Part shown: one piece after another, positions 26,411 to 36,680 of the stretch
How the letters are laid out: every line of letters starts with the position of its first letter
Numbering within the stretch: position 1 is the stretch's first letter
Source of the DNA: an uncultured candidate division Zixibacteria bacterium
Lineage (GTDB): Bacteria > Zixibacteria > MSB-5A5 > RBG-16-43-9
Direction of reading: 5' to 3'
Assembly: GCA_963713865.1 (NCBI GenBank)
Contig: OY970208.1
Location: 1,792,001-1,856,000 of the forward strand
DNA: 64,000 bases
Made by a program: the position numbers and the translations under genes
Notes under the pieces: model-generated
What the model was told of the DNA's origin: nothing
Seen by the model: the letters and a program-made list of their open reading frames with translations, nothing else
The model's database searches: none

Positions 26411-26716
26411 ATGTTAGCACAATTTAGTATGTTTCCTCTGGATAAGGGGAAGAGTTTAAGTAGATATGTGGCAGGGATAGTTGATTTGGTTGATAGAAGT
26501 GGGTTGCCTTATCAGGCTACTTCTATGAGCACTATCGTTGAAGGGGAGTGGGACAAAATTTTCAGCTTAATCAAAAAATGTCATAAAACCTTAAGAAAAG
26601 AATCAAATCGGGTTTATGTGGTAATCACCCTCGATGACCGGAAAGGAGCTAAGAACCGGATAAAAGGGAAATTGGATTCGATAGAAAATGTTTTGAAACG
26701 GAAAATAAAAAGATAA
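26411..26716 (+). CDS. MTH1187/thiamine-binding family protein
   Basis: MLAQFSMFPL...SMSTIVEGEW...DDRKG; the in-frame ATG at 26372 is an alternative start. Confidence 0.85.
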   Translation: MLAQFSMFPLDKGKSLSRYVAGIVDLVDRSGLPYQATSMSTIVEGEWDKIFSLIKKCHKTLRKESNRVYVVITLDDRKGAKNRIKGKLDSIENVLKRKIKR

Positions 26717-26758
26717 TACCTTAAAAAATTCAAGACTCAAAAGTTTAAAAGTTTAAGC

Positions 26759-27073
26759 GTGGAAGATTTCATTGTCATACTCGTAACTGCTTCGTCTGAG
26801 GGGGAAGCTAAAAAGATTGCCCGGTCTTTAGTTGAGAAAAGACTGGCGGCTTGCGTTAATATTATTAAAGATGTTCAATCTGTTTTCAGATGGAAAGGTA
26901 AGATCTTAGATGAAAAAGAGCTGTTATTGATTATTAAAACCAGAAAAAAGCTGTATAAAAACGTAGAAGAAGAGATCAAAACTCTTCATGCTTACGAAGT
27001 GCCGGAGATAATCGCTTTGCCAATTATCTCAGGTTCTAAAGATTATTTATACTGGATTGATTCGGAGACTTAG
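26759..27073 (+). CDS. cutA: divalent-cation tolerance protein CutA
   Basis: LAACVN, SVFRWKG, HAYEVPEIIALP. Confidence 0.92.
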   Translation: MEDFIVILVTASSEGEAKKIARSLVEKRLAACVNIIKDVQSVFRWKGKILDEKELLLIIKTRKKLYKNVEEEIKTLHAYEVPEIIALPIISGSKDYLYWIDSET

Positions 27074-27235
27074 TTAAGGATGTTCTTGTTGAACTATTTG
27101 AAAATGCGGAAGAGAATTGTCGGGAAGGGGTGTCCGACCTACGGGAAATCAACCCATTTTTGCACCCGTAAGCAGGACTCCCAGTCCTGCAAAGCGAGTT
27201 TTTCAAAAGACCTCTCTGGTATTTGAGGAGATAAG

Positions 27236-27661
27236 ATGCAATACAAAAAGTTTGGGAATGACTATGTGATCAGGCTGGAAACAGGGGAGGAGATAATAGA
27301 TTCCCTAAAAAAGTTTGTAGAGAAGGAAAAGATCGAAGGTGGGTTTTTCTATGGGTTAGGTGCGGTGAAGGATGTGACCCTGGGTTATTTTAACCTGGAG
27401 AAGAAAGAATATAAAGAAAAATCTTTCAAAGAAGATTTTGAATTAACCAGCCTGGTTGGAGACGTAGCGTTTTCAAATGGGAAGATAATTGTTCATGCTC
27501 ATGTTACCTTGGCAGATGAGGATTTTAAAACCTTTTCAGGACATTTAGGAAAAGCTATTGTTACAGCAACCGTGGAATTAGTTTTTAATCTTATTAAAGG
27601 AAAACTATTGAAAAAACCTGATCCGAAATCCGGCTTAAACTTTTTGGATTTGAAGGGATAA
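27236..27661 (+). CDS. PPC/DUF296 domain protein
   Basis: RLETGEE, GLGAV, ELTSLVG, HAHVTL, GHL. Confidence 0.88.
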   Translation: MQYKKFGNDYVIRLETGEEIIDSLKKFVEKEKIEGGFFYGLGAVKDVTLGYFNLEKKEYKEKSFKEDFELTSLVGDVAFSNGKIIVHAHVTLADEDFKTFSGHLGKAIVTATVELVFNLIKGKLLKKPDPKSGLNFLDLKG

Positions 27662-27666
27662 AGTAG

Positions 27667-28457
27667 ATGCAGCCAAACTGGATAATCACTCTGACCACAG
27701 ATTTCGGTAATACCAGCAGTTATGCAGGAGCAGTTAAAGGTGTTCTTCTCAAGATCAATCCCCGGATAAAAATTGTAGATATAACTCATGAGGTCTCATG
27801 TTTTAACATTTTGGAAGGGGCTTTAGTTTTAAGCTCTTATTATCAATATTTTCCAAAAGGTACGATTCATTTAGTAGTTGTTGATCCAGGTGTCGGAGGA
27901 AAGCGAAAAGGGATTTTGATCCAGACGGATAATCATTATTTCATTGGTCCGGACAACGGGTTATTCAGTTTTATCTTTGAAAAAGAAAAAATAAGGGGAA
28001 TCTCGATTTGACCAATTCAAAATATTTCTTAAATAAACCCTCCACCACTTTTCAGGCCAGGGATGTTTTTGCACCGGTTTCAGCCTATCTATCCCTGGGA
28101 GTTGACCCGAAAGAGTTTGGCGCTATAACTAAGGAATGCTATAAATTCAAATTGTCCCAGCCTGTTTATAAGAATGATTATATTACAGGAGAAATAATAT
28201 ATATTGATAGATTTGGAAATCTGGTCTCTAATATAGATTCTAATCTGACAAAAGAAGAAAAAAAGTTTCAGCTTAAAATCGGAAATAAAAAATTGGGTCA
28301 TCTCCGAACTTATTATGCAGAGGTAAAAGAAGGTGAAATTATTGCCCTTATAGGAAGTAACAATTTATTAGAAATAGCGGTCAATCAGGGTAATGCTCAA
28401 AAAATATTAAAAGCTAAAATAGGAGACAAAATCACAATTGAAAAAATTAAGAAGTAA
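27667..28457 (+). pseudogene. SAM hydrolase/adenosyltransferase (DUF62, chlorinase/fluorinase family), split by a -1 frameshift near 27981-28011
   Basis: N-half ITLTTDFG, VVDPGVG, GPDNG; C-half TFQARDVFAP, IDRFGNL, EIAVNQG in another frame. Confidence 0.75.
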
Positions 28458-28995
28458 AACCGGTATAAGATTAAAGAACAAAAAGGGCACAACTAAAGCT
28501 GGATTAAAATACAGAGAAAGACCCTCCTGGGATCAATATTTTATGAATATAGCTCGTTTGGCTTCCACCCGTTCTACCTGTCTCAGGCGTCAGGTGGGCG
28601 CAGTAATTGTCAAAGACAAGAAAATCTTAGCTACGGGGTATAATGGAGCTCCAAGCGGGCTTAAACACTGTCTGGATATCGGGTGTTTGAGAGAAAAATT
28701 GGGTATTCCATCTGGTGAAAGGCATGAGCTTTGCAGGGCTACTCATGCGGAACAGAATGCTATTGTCCAGGCCGCAACTTTCGGGATCAGCATAAAAGAC
28801 GGCATAATTTATTCAACCGCCCATCCCTGCATTTTATGCTCAAAACTTCTTATTAATGCCGGGATAAAAAGAATAATAATAGAAGATAGCTATCCGGACG
28901 AGATGTCCTGGAAGATGTTGAGAGAAGCTGGAGTCAAAACTGAAATTTTAAAAAGTGGAAAAAAGAATGTAAATAAGAGAGGTAGAAAAAGATGA
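28438..28995 (+). CDS. dCMP deaminase (ComEB-like); true start uncertain, possibly further downstream
   Basis: [31 protein letters not shown]. Confidence 0.9.
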   Translation: MKKLRSKTGIRLKNKKGTTKAGLKYRERPSWDQYFMNIARLASTRSTCLRRQVGAVIVKDKKILATGYNGAPSGLKHCLDIGCLREKLGIPSGERHELCRATHAEQNAIVQAATFGISIKDGIIYSTAHPCILCSKLLINAGIKRIIIEDSYPDEMSWKMLREAGVKTEILKSGKKNVNKRGRKR

Positions 28996-29444
28996 AATGC
29001 CCTTTTTGTGGAAACGAGGAAGATAAAGTGATAGATTCTCGCACCTCTCAGGAGGGAAGATCGGTGAGAAGAAGAAGGGAGTGCGAGAAGTGCGGGAAAA
29101 GGTTCACTACTTACGAATACGTGGAGAACGTTTCTTTGACTGTGGTTAAAAACGATGGCAGAAGGGAAGATTTCGACCGGCAGAAACTGCAAAGAGGGAT
29201 AGAGCTTGCCTGCAATAAAAGGCCCATCAGCTTGAAAAAGATCGCATCGCTGGTAGATGAGATAGAAGAGGAGTTGCAGGGACTGTCCAAAAAGGAAGTT
29301 ACCTCAAAAGAAATAGGGGAACTGGTAATGAAAAAGCTTAAGGATTTAGATGAGGTCGCTTATGTCCGCTTTGCCTCGGTCTATCACAAGTTCAAGGATA
29401 TAAATGAGTTCTTAGCTGAGCTTCAGGGTTTGCTGGGGTCTTGA
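28992..29444 (+). CDS. nrdR: transcriptional repressor NrdR
   Basis: MKCPFC...VIDSR...RRRRECEKC...RFTTYE; ATP cone; AYVRFASVY. Confidence 0.97.
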   Translation: MKCPFCGNEEDKVIDSRTSQEGRSVRRRRECEKCGKRFTTYEYVENVSLTVVKNDGRREDFDRQKLQRGIELACNKRPISLKKIASLVDEIEEELQGLSKKEVTSKEIGELVMKKLKDLDEVAYVRFASVYHKFKDINEFLAELQGLLGS

Positions 29445-29709
29445 AAAATTCTTTTTACAAATCCATGCCCATCCCCAAAACAAGGTAAGATATATTACTG
29501 GTTGTTGGTCTCCTGATCAACGAAGTGCTTAATCTTAGTTTGTCAAACAATCCTTCGGGGTTGGTTATTTACGCATTTACCCGGCATATTTTTTGTAAAT
29601 CTAAAGTTTACTCTCCAATTATCAATTGACAAAATATCAAAATAGATGTTATTTAAGCCTGGTTATGTTATCATCAGGTAGTTTTTCTTTATAAGAAGGT
29701 AAACATATA

Positions 29710-30441
29710 ATGCCCAAGGAAAAAGAGATGACATTTTTAGACCACTTAGAGGAGTTCAGGTCAAGATTGATCAAATGCCTTGTTGCGGTGCTTATATTTT
29801 CTATTGCTGCTTTCTTCTTCTCTGACAAGCTTATAGATTTCATTGCCAAACCCTTACCCGGGGTTTATTTTATGGGACCGGCTGAGGCGGTATATGTTCG
29901 GATGAAAATAGCAATGATTTTGGGAGCTATCGTAAGCTCACCGGTGATACTCTACCAGCTCTGGCAGTTTGTGGTGCCTGGACTCTTAGAGAAAGAAGTA
30001 AAGGTCGTAGTCCCTTTAGTGATTTTATCCACGCTCTCTTTTTTGATCGGATCTTCTTTCGCCTTTTTTGTGGTTCTGCCTTATATGGTTAAATTCCTAT
30101 TGTCATTCGGCACGGACAAGCTTCATCCCTGGATAAAGATCGATGATTATTTGAGTTTCATTGGCTATACTACTCTAATTTTCGGAGCGGTTTTTGAACT
30201 GCCTATAGTTTCTTATTTCTTAGGTAAGATTGGAATTATCTCCTCAAAAACTTTAAGAAAGGGAAGAAGGTATGCAATAGTAGCAATCCTGATAGTAGCG
30301 GCTTTCGTTACTCCTACTCCGGATGTTTTCAATATGATGCTTTTAGCGGTACCTCTTTATGTTTTATTTGAGGTCAGCATTTTGGTTCTGATACTCCTGG
30401 AGAGAAGTAAACGGAAGAATGCTAAAGAAGAGGTTGAATGA
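29710..30441 (+). CDS. tatC: twin-arginine translocase subunit TatC
   Basis: MTFLDHLEEFRSRL, QLWQFVVPGL, FELP, TPTPD. Confidence 0.95.
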   Translation: MPKEKEMTFLDHLEEFRSRLIKCLVAVLIFSIAAFFFSDKLIDFIAKPLPGVYFMGPAEAVYVRMKIAMILGAIVSSPVILYQLWQFVVPGLLEKEVKVVVPLVILSTLSFLIGSSFAFFVVLPYMVKFLLSFGTDKLHPWIKIDDYLSFIGYTTLIFGAVFELPIVSYFLGKIGIISSKTLRKGRRYAIVAILIVAAFVTPTPDVFNMMLLAVPLYVLFEVSILVLILLERSKRKNAKEEVE

Positions 30442-32378
30442 AAAAGCCCTGGATAATGATATTGGTCATTTTAATATTTTTGAGTTCATTTTCTTTCGCT
30501 CAAGAAATTAATTCAAACTCAGATTCTCTTAAAACTGTTGCCTTAGATGAAGCCTTGAAATGTATCAAGCTAAAAAAAGATGATTTGACTTTCCGGAATG
30601 ATTACCTGGATATAGATGAGTTCAGACTGCAGAATATAGACCAGTTGATGAAAAATCCCTTAGAGATTTCCTCTTTTTCAGAAAAATTGGGTTCAAGTTT
30701 AGAAAAGGGGAAAGATTCACCCACTGCTCTTTTAAAAAACGGGTTTAAATGTATAATATCAAAATCCAAAAAAGTAAATAATTTTGAGATAAATGAACTC
30801 CAGGCTGAATTTAAAATAACTCCAGAAGATGAACTTTTTCTAAACAAAAATCTAAAAAAGATAGACAAACTGCCTGAGGAGTTAAAAAAGGCTATAAGGT
30901 ATCTCTTCCTGGGACTCTCCCGGGCCGATAAAGGGTGGGAAGACGCCCTGGCTGAACTTTCATCTGAGGAGATCGATTCTCTGAAGAAGTACTTCCCTAT
31001 TCTGATCCTGGAGGATGTGATGGATGAATTCAAAAGCGTTGAGGAGATGGATAAAGAACAAAAATATGAGGAAAAATTGGCTAAAGATTTGATTCCTCTG
31101 GCAGAAAAATTTAAACTCGAAAAAGCTTATCCTAAAAATATTGAACTGTGTAAGATGGTGGAGAAAGCGATTTCTATTTTAAATGAATACCTATCCACAT
31201 CCCCGAAAATAAAATCAAATGAGAATGATATGATAACTACAACGAAAACAGAATATGGCGAAATCGTAGTGGGAGGATTTGGCTCTTCAATTTATAAGGG
31301 GAATCCGAGGATAATAATTGATTTGGGCGGTGATGACCAGTATATTCTATCTTCCTCAAAGAAATCTTCGGTTATCTTAGATTTTGGAGGAAACGATACC
31401 TACCAAAGCGTAGACGATTATACTTCAGGTTCCGGTTTTTGGGGAACAGGTATTCTGATTGATAAATCCGGGGATGACAACTATATGTGCAGGAGTTTCT
31501 CTCTGGGAGCAGGGCTTTTTGGAGTAGGAATTCTTATCGATGAGGAGGGTAACGATAAGTATTTCGGGGACATTTTTACTCAAGGTGCCGGGAGTTTTGG
31601 TATCGGTATTTTATCAGATATACAGGGAGCGGATCAATATAATGGAGCTTTATATGCCCAGGGATTTGGTTTTGTTTCTGGTTTTGGAGCGCTATTTGAT
31701 TCAACCGGTAACGATTCCTATTTTGCTGGAGGAAAATATAAAGATATCCTTAGATACAAAGATCATTATCTGAGTTTATCCCAGGGATTTGCTTATGGCT
31801 TAAGACCGATTATGTCTGGCGGTTTTGGATTCCTTTGTGATTTTTCAGGGAATGATATTTATATCTCAGATATTTTCGGACAGGGGTCAAGCTACTGGTG
31901 GGGACTGGGAAGTCTCTTAGATTTTTCAGGAAATGATAAATATATTTCATATCAGTATGCTCAGGGAGCAGCCACCCATTTGACTTTAGGATTACTTTTA
32001 GATAAATCCGGGGATGATGATTATATCTCACACGGAGTCTCTCAAGGATGTGGTCATGATTTAGCTTGTGGTATACTGGAGGATCAATCTGGAAATGACA
32101 ATTATCTTTCCTTTGATCTGTCCCAGGGAGCGGGGAGTGCCAACGGAATCGGTATCCTGATGGACTATCAGGGGGATGACAGCTATTTGGTAACCTTAAA
32201 AAGCAATACTCAGGGTTATGGTAATCCGAGAAGAGAATATGGTTCTATAGGGATCTTTTTGGATTTGTCGGGCAAAGACAAATATTCTGGAAACGGAGAG
32301 GATAATACCTGGTGGACTACTCCTTCTATGTGGGGAGCAGGAATAGATGGTGAATTTAATAAAGCAGGTAGCAAGTAG
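30438..32378 (+). CDS. secreted hypothetical protein with about 12 DxxGxDxY Gly-rich repeats
   Basis: Signal peptide; repeats such as GILIDKSGDDNY and GLLLDKSGDDDY. Confidence 0.75.
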   Translation: MKKPWIMILVILIFLSSFSFAQEINSNSDSLKTVALDEALKCIKLKKDDLTFRNDYLDIDEFRLQNIDQLMKNPLEISSFSEKLGSSLEKGKDSPTALLKNGFKCIISKSKKVNNFEINELQAEFKITPEDELFLNKNLKKIDKLPEELKKAIRYLFLGLSRADKGWEDALAELSSEEIDSLKKYFPILILEDVMDEFKSVEEMDKEQKYEEKLAKDLIPLAEKFKLEKAYPKNIELCKMVEKAISILNEYLSTSPKIKSNENDMITTTKTEYGEIVVGGFGSSIYKGNPRIIIDLGGDDQYILSSSKKSSVILDFGGNDTYQSVDDYTSGSGFWGTGILIDKSGDDNYMCRSFSLGAGLFGVGILIDEEGNDKYFGDIFTQGAGSFGIGILSDIQGADQYNGALYAQGFGFVSGFGALFDSTGNDSYFAGGKYKDILRYKDHYLSLSQGFAYGLRPIMSGGFGFLCDFSGNDIYISDIFGQGSSYWWGLGSLLDFSGNDKYISYQYAQGAATHLTLGLLLDKSGDDDYISHGVSQGCGHDLACGILEDQSGNDNYLSFDLSQGAGSANGIGILMDYQGDDSYLVTLKSNTQGYGNPRREYGSIGIFLDLSGKDKYSGNGEDNTWWTTPSMWGAGIDGEFNKAGSK

Positions 32379-32432
32379 CTTGTGGCCAGTAGCTAAAGGC
32401 GAACGGCGAATAGCAAATATCAAGGAGCGAAT

Positions 32433-32873
32433 ATGAAAATTGCTTTAGGGGCGGATCATAAAGGGTATCAATATAAAGAAAAGGTAAAAAAATTCCTTCA
32501 GGGAAAAGGATATGAGATTAACGATTTTGGCACTTTTTCTGAGGAATCAGTGGATTATCCTGATTTCGGGTTTAAGGTGGCTAAAGCTGTTTCAAATGGA
32601 GACGTAGAAAGAGGGATTTTATTCTGCTGGTCAGGAATAGGGATGTGCATCTCAGCTAATAAGATTAAAGGAGTAAGAGCGGCTTTATGTTTAAACGAAG
32701 AAATGGCTAAGCTCTCCCGTGAGCATAACGATTCCAACGTTCTTTCCCTTTCTGCTAAATTTATACCTGAGGAAAAACTTATGAAGATCGTAGAGATCTG
32801 GTTAAATACTCCTTTTGAAGGAGGCAGGCATCAGAGAAGACTGGATAAAATTTCCTTAGAGGAGAGAATGTAG
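32433..32873 (+). CDS. rpiB: ribose-5-phosphate isomerase B
   Basis: GADHKG, VDYPD, CWSGIG, ANKIKGVRAA, FEGGRHQRR. Confidence 0.95.
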   Translation: MKIALGADHKGYQYKEKVKKFLQGKGYEINDFGTFSEESVDYPDFGFKVAKAVSNGDVERGILFCWSGIGMCISANKIKGVRAALCLNEEMAKLSREHNDSNVLSLSAKFIPEEKLMKIVEIWLNTPFEGGRHQRRLDKISLEERM

Positions 32874-33473
32874 CGGAGGTCTTCAGACCTCCATTAGATG
32901 TGGAAGGCTGAAACCTTCCGCTACAAAACCCAAATGGTTAAACGAAAAAGAAATAGACTTAGTCTGTCCCTTTATAAAGGGATTAAAGCTTATTTTGTCA
33001 CTATCTGCACTAATAATCAGCAGAAGGTTTTTACAGATATGGAAACTATTTCTAAGCACCTCAAGATCTTAAATGCTTGCTGTAAAAAAGAAAATATTTT
33101 TGTTTGGGCATATTGTTTTATGCCCGATCATCTTCATCTACTTCTAATTGCTAAAGAAAACTCAGACCTAATTAAATTCATCCGAATATATAAACAACTC
33201 AGTGGATATGAGTATAAGAAGGCAACTGGAAAAGTCCTGTGGCAAAAAAGTTTTTATGACCACATCTTAAGAAAGGAAGAAAATATTCCTGAAGTGATAA
33301 AGTATATTTTAGAAAATCCAGTGAGAAAAGGCTTAGTAGAGTTTTTCGCGGACTATCATTTCTCCGGTTCTTTAGAGTTTGGGAAAGAGATCTTTAAAAT
33401 GTAGCGGAGGTCTTCAGACCTCCAGGGGCTGGGATATGAAGAAAAATTGTGGAAAGCTGAAGCTTTCCGCTAC
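32870..33473 (+). mobile_element. RAYT element: tyrosine transposase flanked by inverted GTAG-REP doublets
   Basis: REPs at 32870-32892, 32902-32924 (inverted), 33401-33423 and 33451-33473 (inverted); consensus GTAGCGGA(A/G)G-x-TTCAG-x-CC. Confidence 0.85.
32934..33404 (+). CDS. REP-associated tyrosine transposase (HUH/Y1, TnpA-REP)
   Basis: YFVTICT, MPDHLH (HUH), LWQKSFYDHILR, YILENPVRKGL. The ORF-track start 32898 runs through a REP, so 32934 is preferred. Confidence 0.9.
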   Translation: MVKRKRNRLSLSLYKGIKAYFVTICTNNQQKVFTDMETISKHLKILNACCKKENIFVWAYCFMPDHLHLLLIAKENSDLIKFIRIYKQLSGYEYKKATGKVLWQKSFYDHILRKEENIPEVIKYILENPVRKGLVEFFADYHFSGSLEFGKEIFKM

Positions 33474-33506
33474 AAAAAAATAACAGAGTTTTAAGGAGCG
33501 TTTATT

Positions 33507-34766
33507 ATGAGCAAGTTAAAAGAGGTCGATCCAGAGGTCTATTCTGCGATTTTGGGTGAGACCAAAAGAGAGGCTTATCAACTGGAGCTTATCGCCTCTG
33601 AAAATTTCGTGAGCGAAGCCGTCTTAGAGGCTCTAGGCTCGGTTATGACCAATAAATACGCTGAAGGTTATCCGGGGAAAAGATATTATGGTGGATGCAA
33701 GTATATGGATATGGTTGAGAATTTAGCCCGGGAGCGAGCCAAGCAGCTTTTTGGATGTGAACATGTAAACGTTCAGCCTCATTCCGGCTCCCAGGCTAAT
33801 ATGGGAGTTTATTTCTGCGTTCTGAAACCCGGAGATACCATCTTAGGATTGAATCTCTCTCACGGGGGACATCTCACCCACGGCTCTCCGGTTAATTTTT
33901 CCGGTAAATTTTTCAAGGTATGTTTTTATGGAGTTAGAAAAGATACTGAAGTTTTAGATTATGATGAAGTTTTACAAATAGCTAAAGACTGTAAGCCAAA
34001 ATTGATTGTGGCAGGGGCAACCGCTTATCCCAGGATTTTGGATTTTGAAAAGTTTCGTAAGATTGCAGATGAGGTTAGCGCTTATTTGATGGTAGATATC
34101 GCTCATATAGCCGGATTGGTCATTGCCGGGATTCATCCTTCGCCCGTGCCCTATGCCGATTTTGTTACCTCTACCACCCATAAGACCTTGCGTGGTCCCA
34201 GGGGCGGGATGATTATGTGTAAGGAAAAATATGCCAAGGATCTGGATAAAGAGATAATGCCGGGCATACAGGGTGGTCCACTTATGCACGTGATTGCCTC
34301 CAAGGCTGTGGCTTTCAAGGAAGCTCTGGAGCCTTCTTTTATAGAATACCAACGTCAGATTGTAAAGAATGCCAGGACGTTGGCTCAAGAGCTTGTAAAT
34401 TATGGTTATCACGTGGTAGCTGGTGGAACAGATACCCATCTGATGCTGGTTAGTTTTGTAGAAAAAGGAATAACTGGCAAAGTAGTGGAGGAGGCTTTAG
34501 ATAAAGCAGGTATTACAGTTAACAAGAATACCGTTCCTTTTGACCCGCAGAAACCTTTTATCACCTCCGGTATAAGGATCGGAACCCCTGCAGTTACTAC
34601 CCGAGGAATGAAGGAGCCAGAAATGAAAATAATTGCCCGGTTTATTCACGAAACCATCTCCAATTTAGGGAATGATGAGCTCTATAAGAGAGTCAAAAAA
34701 GAGGTTGAGGAACTCTGTAATATATTTCCTTTGTATAAAGAGAGATTGGAAATTAGTAGACAGTAG
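33507..34766 (+). CDS. glyA: serine hydroxymethyltransferase
   Basis: [41 protein letters not shown]. Confidence 0.98.
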   Translation: MSKLKEVDPEVYSAILGETKREAYQLELIASENFVSEAVLEALGSVMTNKYAEGYPGKRYYGGCKYMDMVENLARERAKQLFGCEHVNVQPHSGSQANMGVYFCVLKPGDTILGLNLSHGGHLTHGSPVNFSGKFFKVCFYGVRKDTEVLDYDEVLQIAKDCKPKLIVAGATAYPRILDFEKFRKIADEVSAYLMVDIAHIAGLVIAGIHPSPVPYADFVTSTTHKTLRGPRGGMIMCKEKYAKDLDKEIMPGIQGGPLMHVIASKAVAFKEALEPSFIEYQRQIVKNARTLAQELVNYGYHVVAGGTDTHLMLVSFVEKGITGKVVEEALDKAGITVNKNTVPFDPQKPFITSGIRIGTPAVTTRGMKEPEMKIIARFIHETISNLGNDELYKRVKKEVEELCNIFPLYKERLEISRQ

Positions 34767-34790
34767 GTAGTAGACAGTAGACAGGGAAAT

Positions 34791-34869
34791 GTAGCGGGGG
34801 TCTTCAGACCTTCATAAAAGAATGGAAGGCTAAAGTCTAAAGACTAAAGACCTTGAGGCTTTCCTCTAC
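34791..34869. repeat. GTAG-REP doublet; second copy carries an internal insertion
   Basis: GTAGCGGGGGTCTTCAGACCTTC followed by inverted GGAAGGCTAAAGTC...GGCTTTCCTCTAC. Confidence 0.8.
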
Positions 34870-34877
34870 ATTAACAG

Positions 34878-35885
34878 ATGAGTATCCACAAAGATAGAAT
34901 CAGAGCGGTTTTAGAAGGGGAGAGGGCTGACCGGGTGCCAGTTTCTATGTGGAGACATTTTTATGATAAAGAGTCAAACGCTTCTGGGTTAGCAGAGGCA
35001 ATGACAGCTTTTCAGAAAAAATATGACTGGGACTTTATGAAGGTAAATCCACGGGCAAGTTATCATATCGAAGGCTGGGGAGCAGAGGTGGCATTCAGTC
35101 GAAAACCCTGGATTAAAACTAAGGTCGTAGAACATCCGGTTAAAAAAACTGAAGACTGGAAAAAACTGAAAGTATTAAAATCATCAGTCAAGGCTTTGAC
35201 GGAACAATTGAAGGCTCTTAAATTAATTAAAAAAAGATTCAAAGATGAGATATTCATGGTTGAAACGGTCTTTACTCCTTTATCCATAGCTGGAGATTTG
35301 GTGAAAGAGAAGAAGGATTTATTAAGGGACTTAAGAAAGAGCCCTGGATTGATTCATACAGCCTTAGAGATAATCACTGAGACTTTTTCGGGTTTCGCAG
35401 TTGAATGTTTGAATGCGGGAGCAGATGGGATTTTCTTTGCCACCACCGAATGGGCGACCAAGAATCTATTGACTGAAGAAGAATATTTAGAATTTGGCAA
35501 GCCTTATGACCTTAAGCTCTTGCAGAAGATAGAATCTGTCGAGTTTAATATTATGCATATCTGTAAAAGCCATAATTTTCTCCGGCTTTTCTTTGATTAT
35601 CCCGTAATGGTGGTTAACTGGGATTCGAATGATCCGACAAATCTAAATCTCAAAGATGGTGCAAAAATATTGCATAAAACAGTTATGGGCGGAATAGACC
35701 AGGAGAATTTGCTGGTTAAGGGAACTCCAGAAAAGGTATCCGAAAAAATAAAACAATTGGTTAGTCTCAACCAGGAACTCAGACTGATTCTGGGACCCGG
35801 ATGTGTAATCTCTCCGCAAACACCTGAAGAAAATATCAAAGCGGTAAGAGATGCGGTTGAGAATCCTTGGATCAATCTTAAGTGA
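34878..35885 (+). CDS. uroporphyrinogen decarboxylase-family protein
   Basis: DRVPVSMWRHF, AGADGIFFA, GGID, ILGPGC; URO-D/MtaA-type barrel. Confidence 0.8.
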   Translation: MSIHKDRIRAVLEGERADRVPVSMWRHFYDKESNASGLAEAMTAFQKKYDWDFMKVNPRASYHIEGWGAEVAFSRKPWIKTKVVEHPVKKTEDWKKLKVLKSSVKALTEQLKALKLIKKRFKDEIFMVETVFTPLSIAGDLVKEKKDLLRDLRKSPGLIHTALEIITETFSGFAVECLNAGADGIFFATTEWATKNLLTEEEYLEFGKPYDLKLLQKIESVEFNIMHICKSHNFLRLFFDYPVMVVNWDSNDPTNLNLKDGAKILHKTVMGGIDQENLLVKGTPEKVSEKIKQLVSLNQELRLILGPGCVISPQTPEENIKAVRDAVENPWINLK

Positions 35886-35953
35886 AGGGCTATAGAAGTT
35901 TTGAGAATTTAGCCCCCCTACATTGAAAACCAAAAAGTTTGAAGGAGTAATGG

Positions 35954-36407
35954 ATGGAAAGCAAAAGTATAGAAATAATTCATCAAATAAAAGAATTAGC
36001 AAAGTCAAAGATCAAAAAGGAAGATATTCTTAAGGAAGTCGTAAAAATTTTAAAGAACAACTTTATTTATTATAACTGGGTTGGAATTTATCTTTTAGAG
36101 GGAGAGGAGCTGGTGCTTGGTCCTTTTTTAGGCAAACCTTCACCTCATACCCGGATCCGTTTAAATAGTGGAATATGCGGGGCGGCAGCTAGTCAGAAAA
36201 AATCTATAATCATCCCGGATGTTAAATCCGATCCGAGGTATTTAGCCTGTAGCCTGGAAACTAAATCTGAGATTGTTGTTCCTATAATGATAGGCGAGAA
36301 GGTTCTGGGGTGAGATAGATATTGATTCTGGTAGATTGGATGCTTTTAAAGAAGAAGATAAGCATTTATTAGAAGAGATCTGCTCCATTTTAGCTGAATT
36401 ATTTTGA
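35954..36407 (+). pseudogene. GAF-domain free methionine-(R)-sulfoxide reductase-like protein, frameshifted (+1 G at 36307-36310)
   Basis: YNWVGIY, GICGAA, YLAC...SEIVVP; removing one G restores VLGEIDIDS...LAELF-stop at 36407. Confidence 0.8.
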
Positions 36408-36625
36408 TTTTTTTTGTGTTTTAGCTTGCATCTAATATGAAAGGAAATGCATAAGAAATGAATTATTTACTAATAATTTAAAGTTATTAGATTATTTTGT
36501 ATTACAAACATTCAAATTATATTAATAACTAACTTCACAATAGGTAAAGTATTATGAATGATATTTAAAGTATTACATTATACTCCTATCCTAACATTTC
36601 TCTGTACTCATTAAAAATTTGCTAA

Positions 36626-36641
36626 CGGCATATCTTTTGCA
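36626..36641 (+). promoter_or_regulatory. sigma54 -24/-12 promoter
   Basis: CGGCATATCTTTTGCA, GG-N10-GC, 40 nt before ATG 36681. Confidence 0.6.
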
Positions 36642-36680
36642 TTTCTCATATAAAAATAGACATACTTAGAAAGGATAAAA

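Noticed and set aside
29582-29597. sigma54-like motif CGGCATATTTTTTGTA before tatC
   Set aside because: The -12 element is GT rather than GC, and a TTGACA sigma70-type box lies at 29626.
32898-33404. IS200/IS605 insertion sequence
   Set aside because: No tnpB; the WQxxFYDHxxR and NPV motifs plus flanking GTAG palindromes fit a RAYT instead.
36311-36313. TGA as selenocysteine or recoded stop in the GAF protein
   Set aside because: Read-through gives DRY-stop; homology continues only in the +1 frame.
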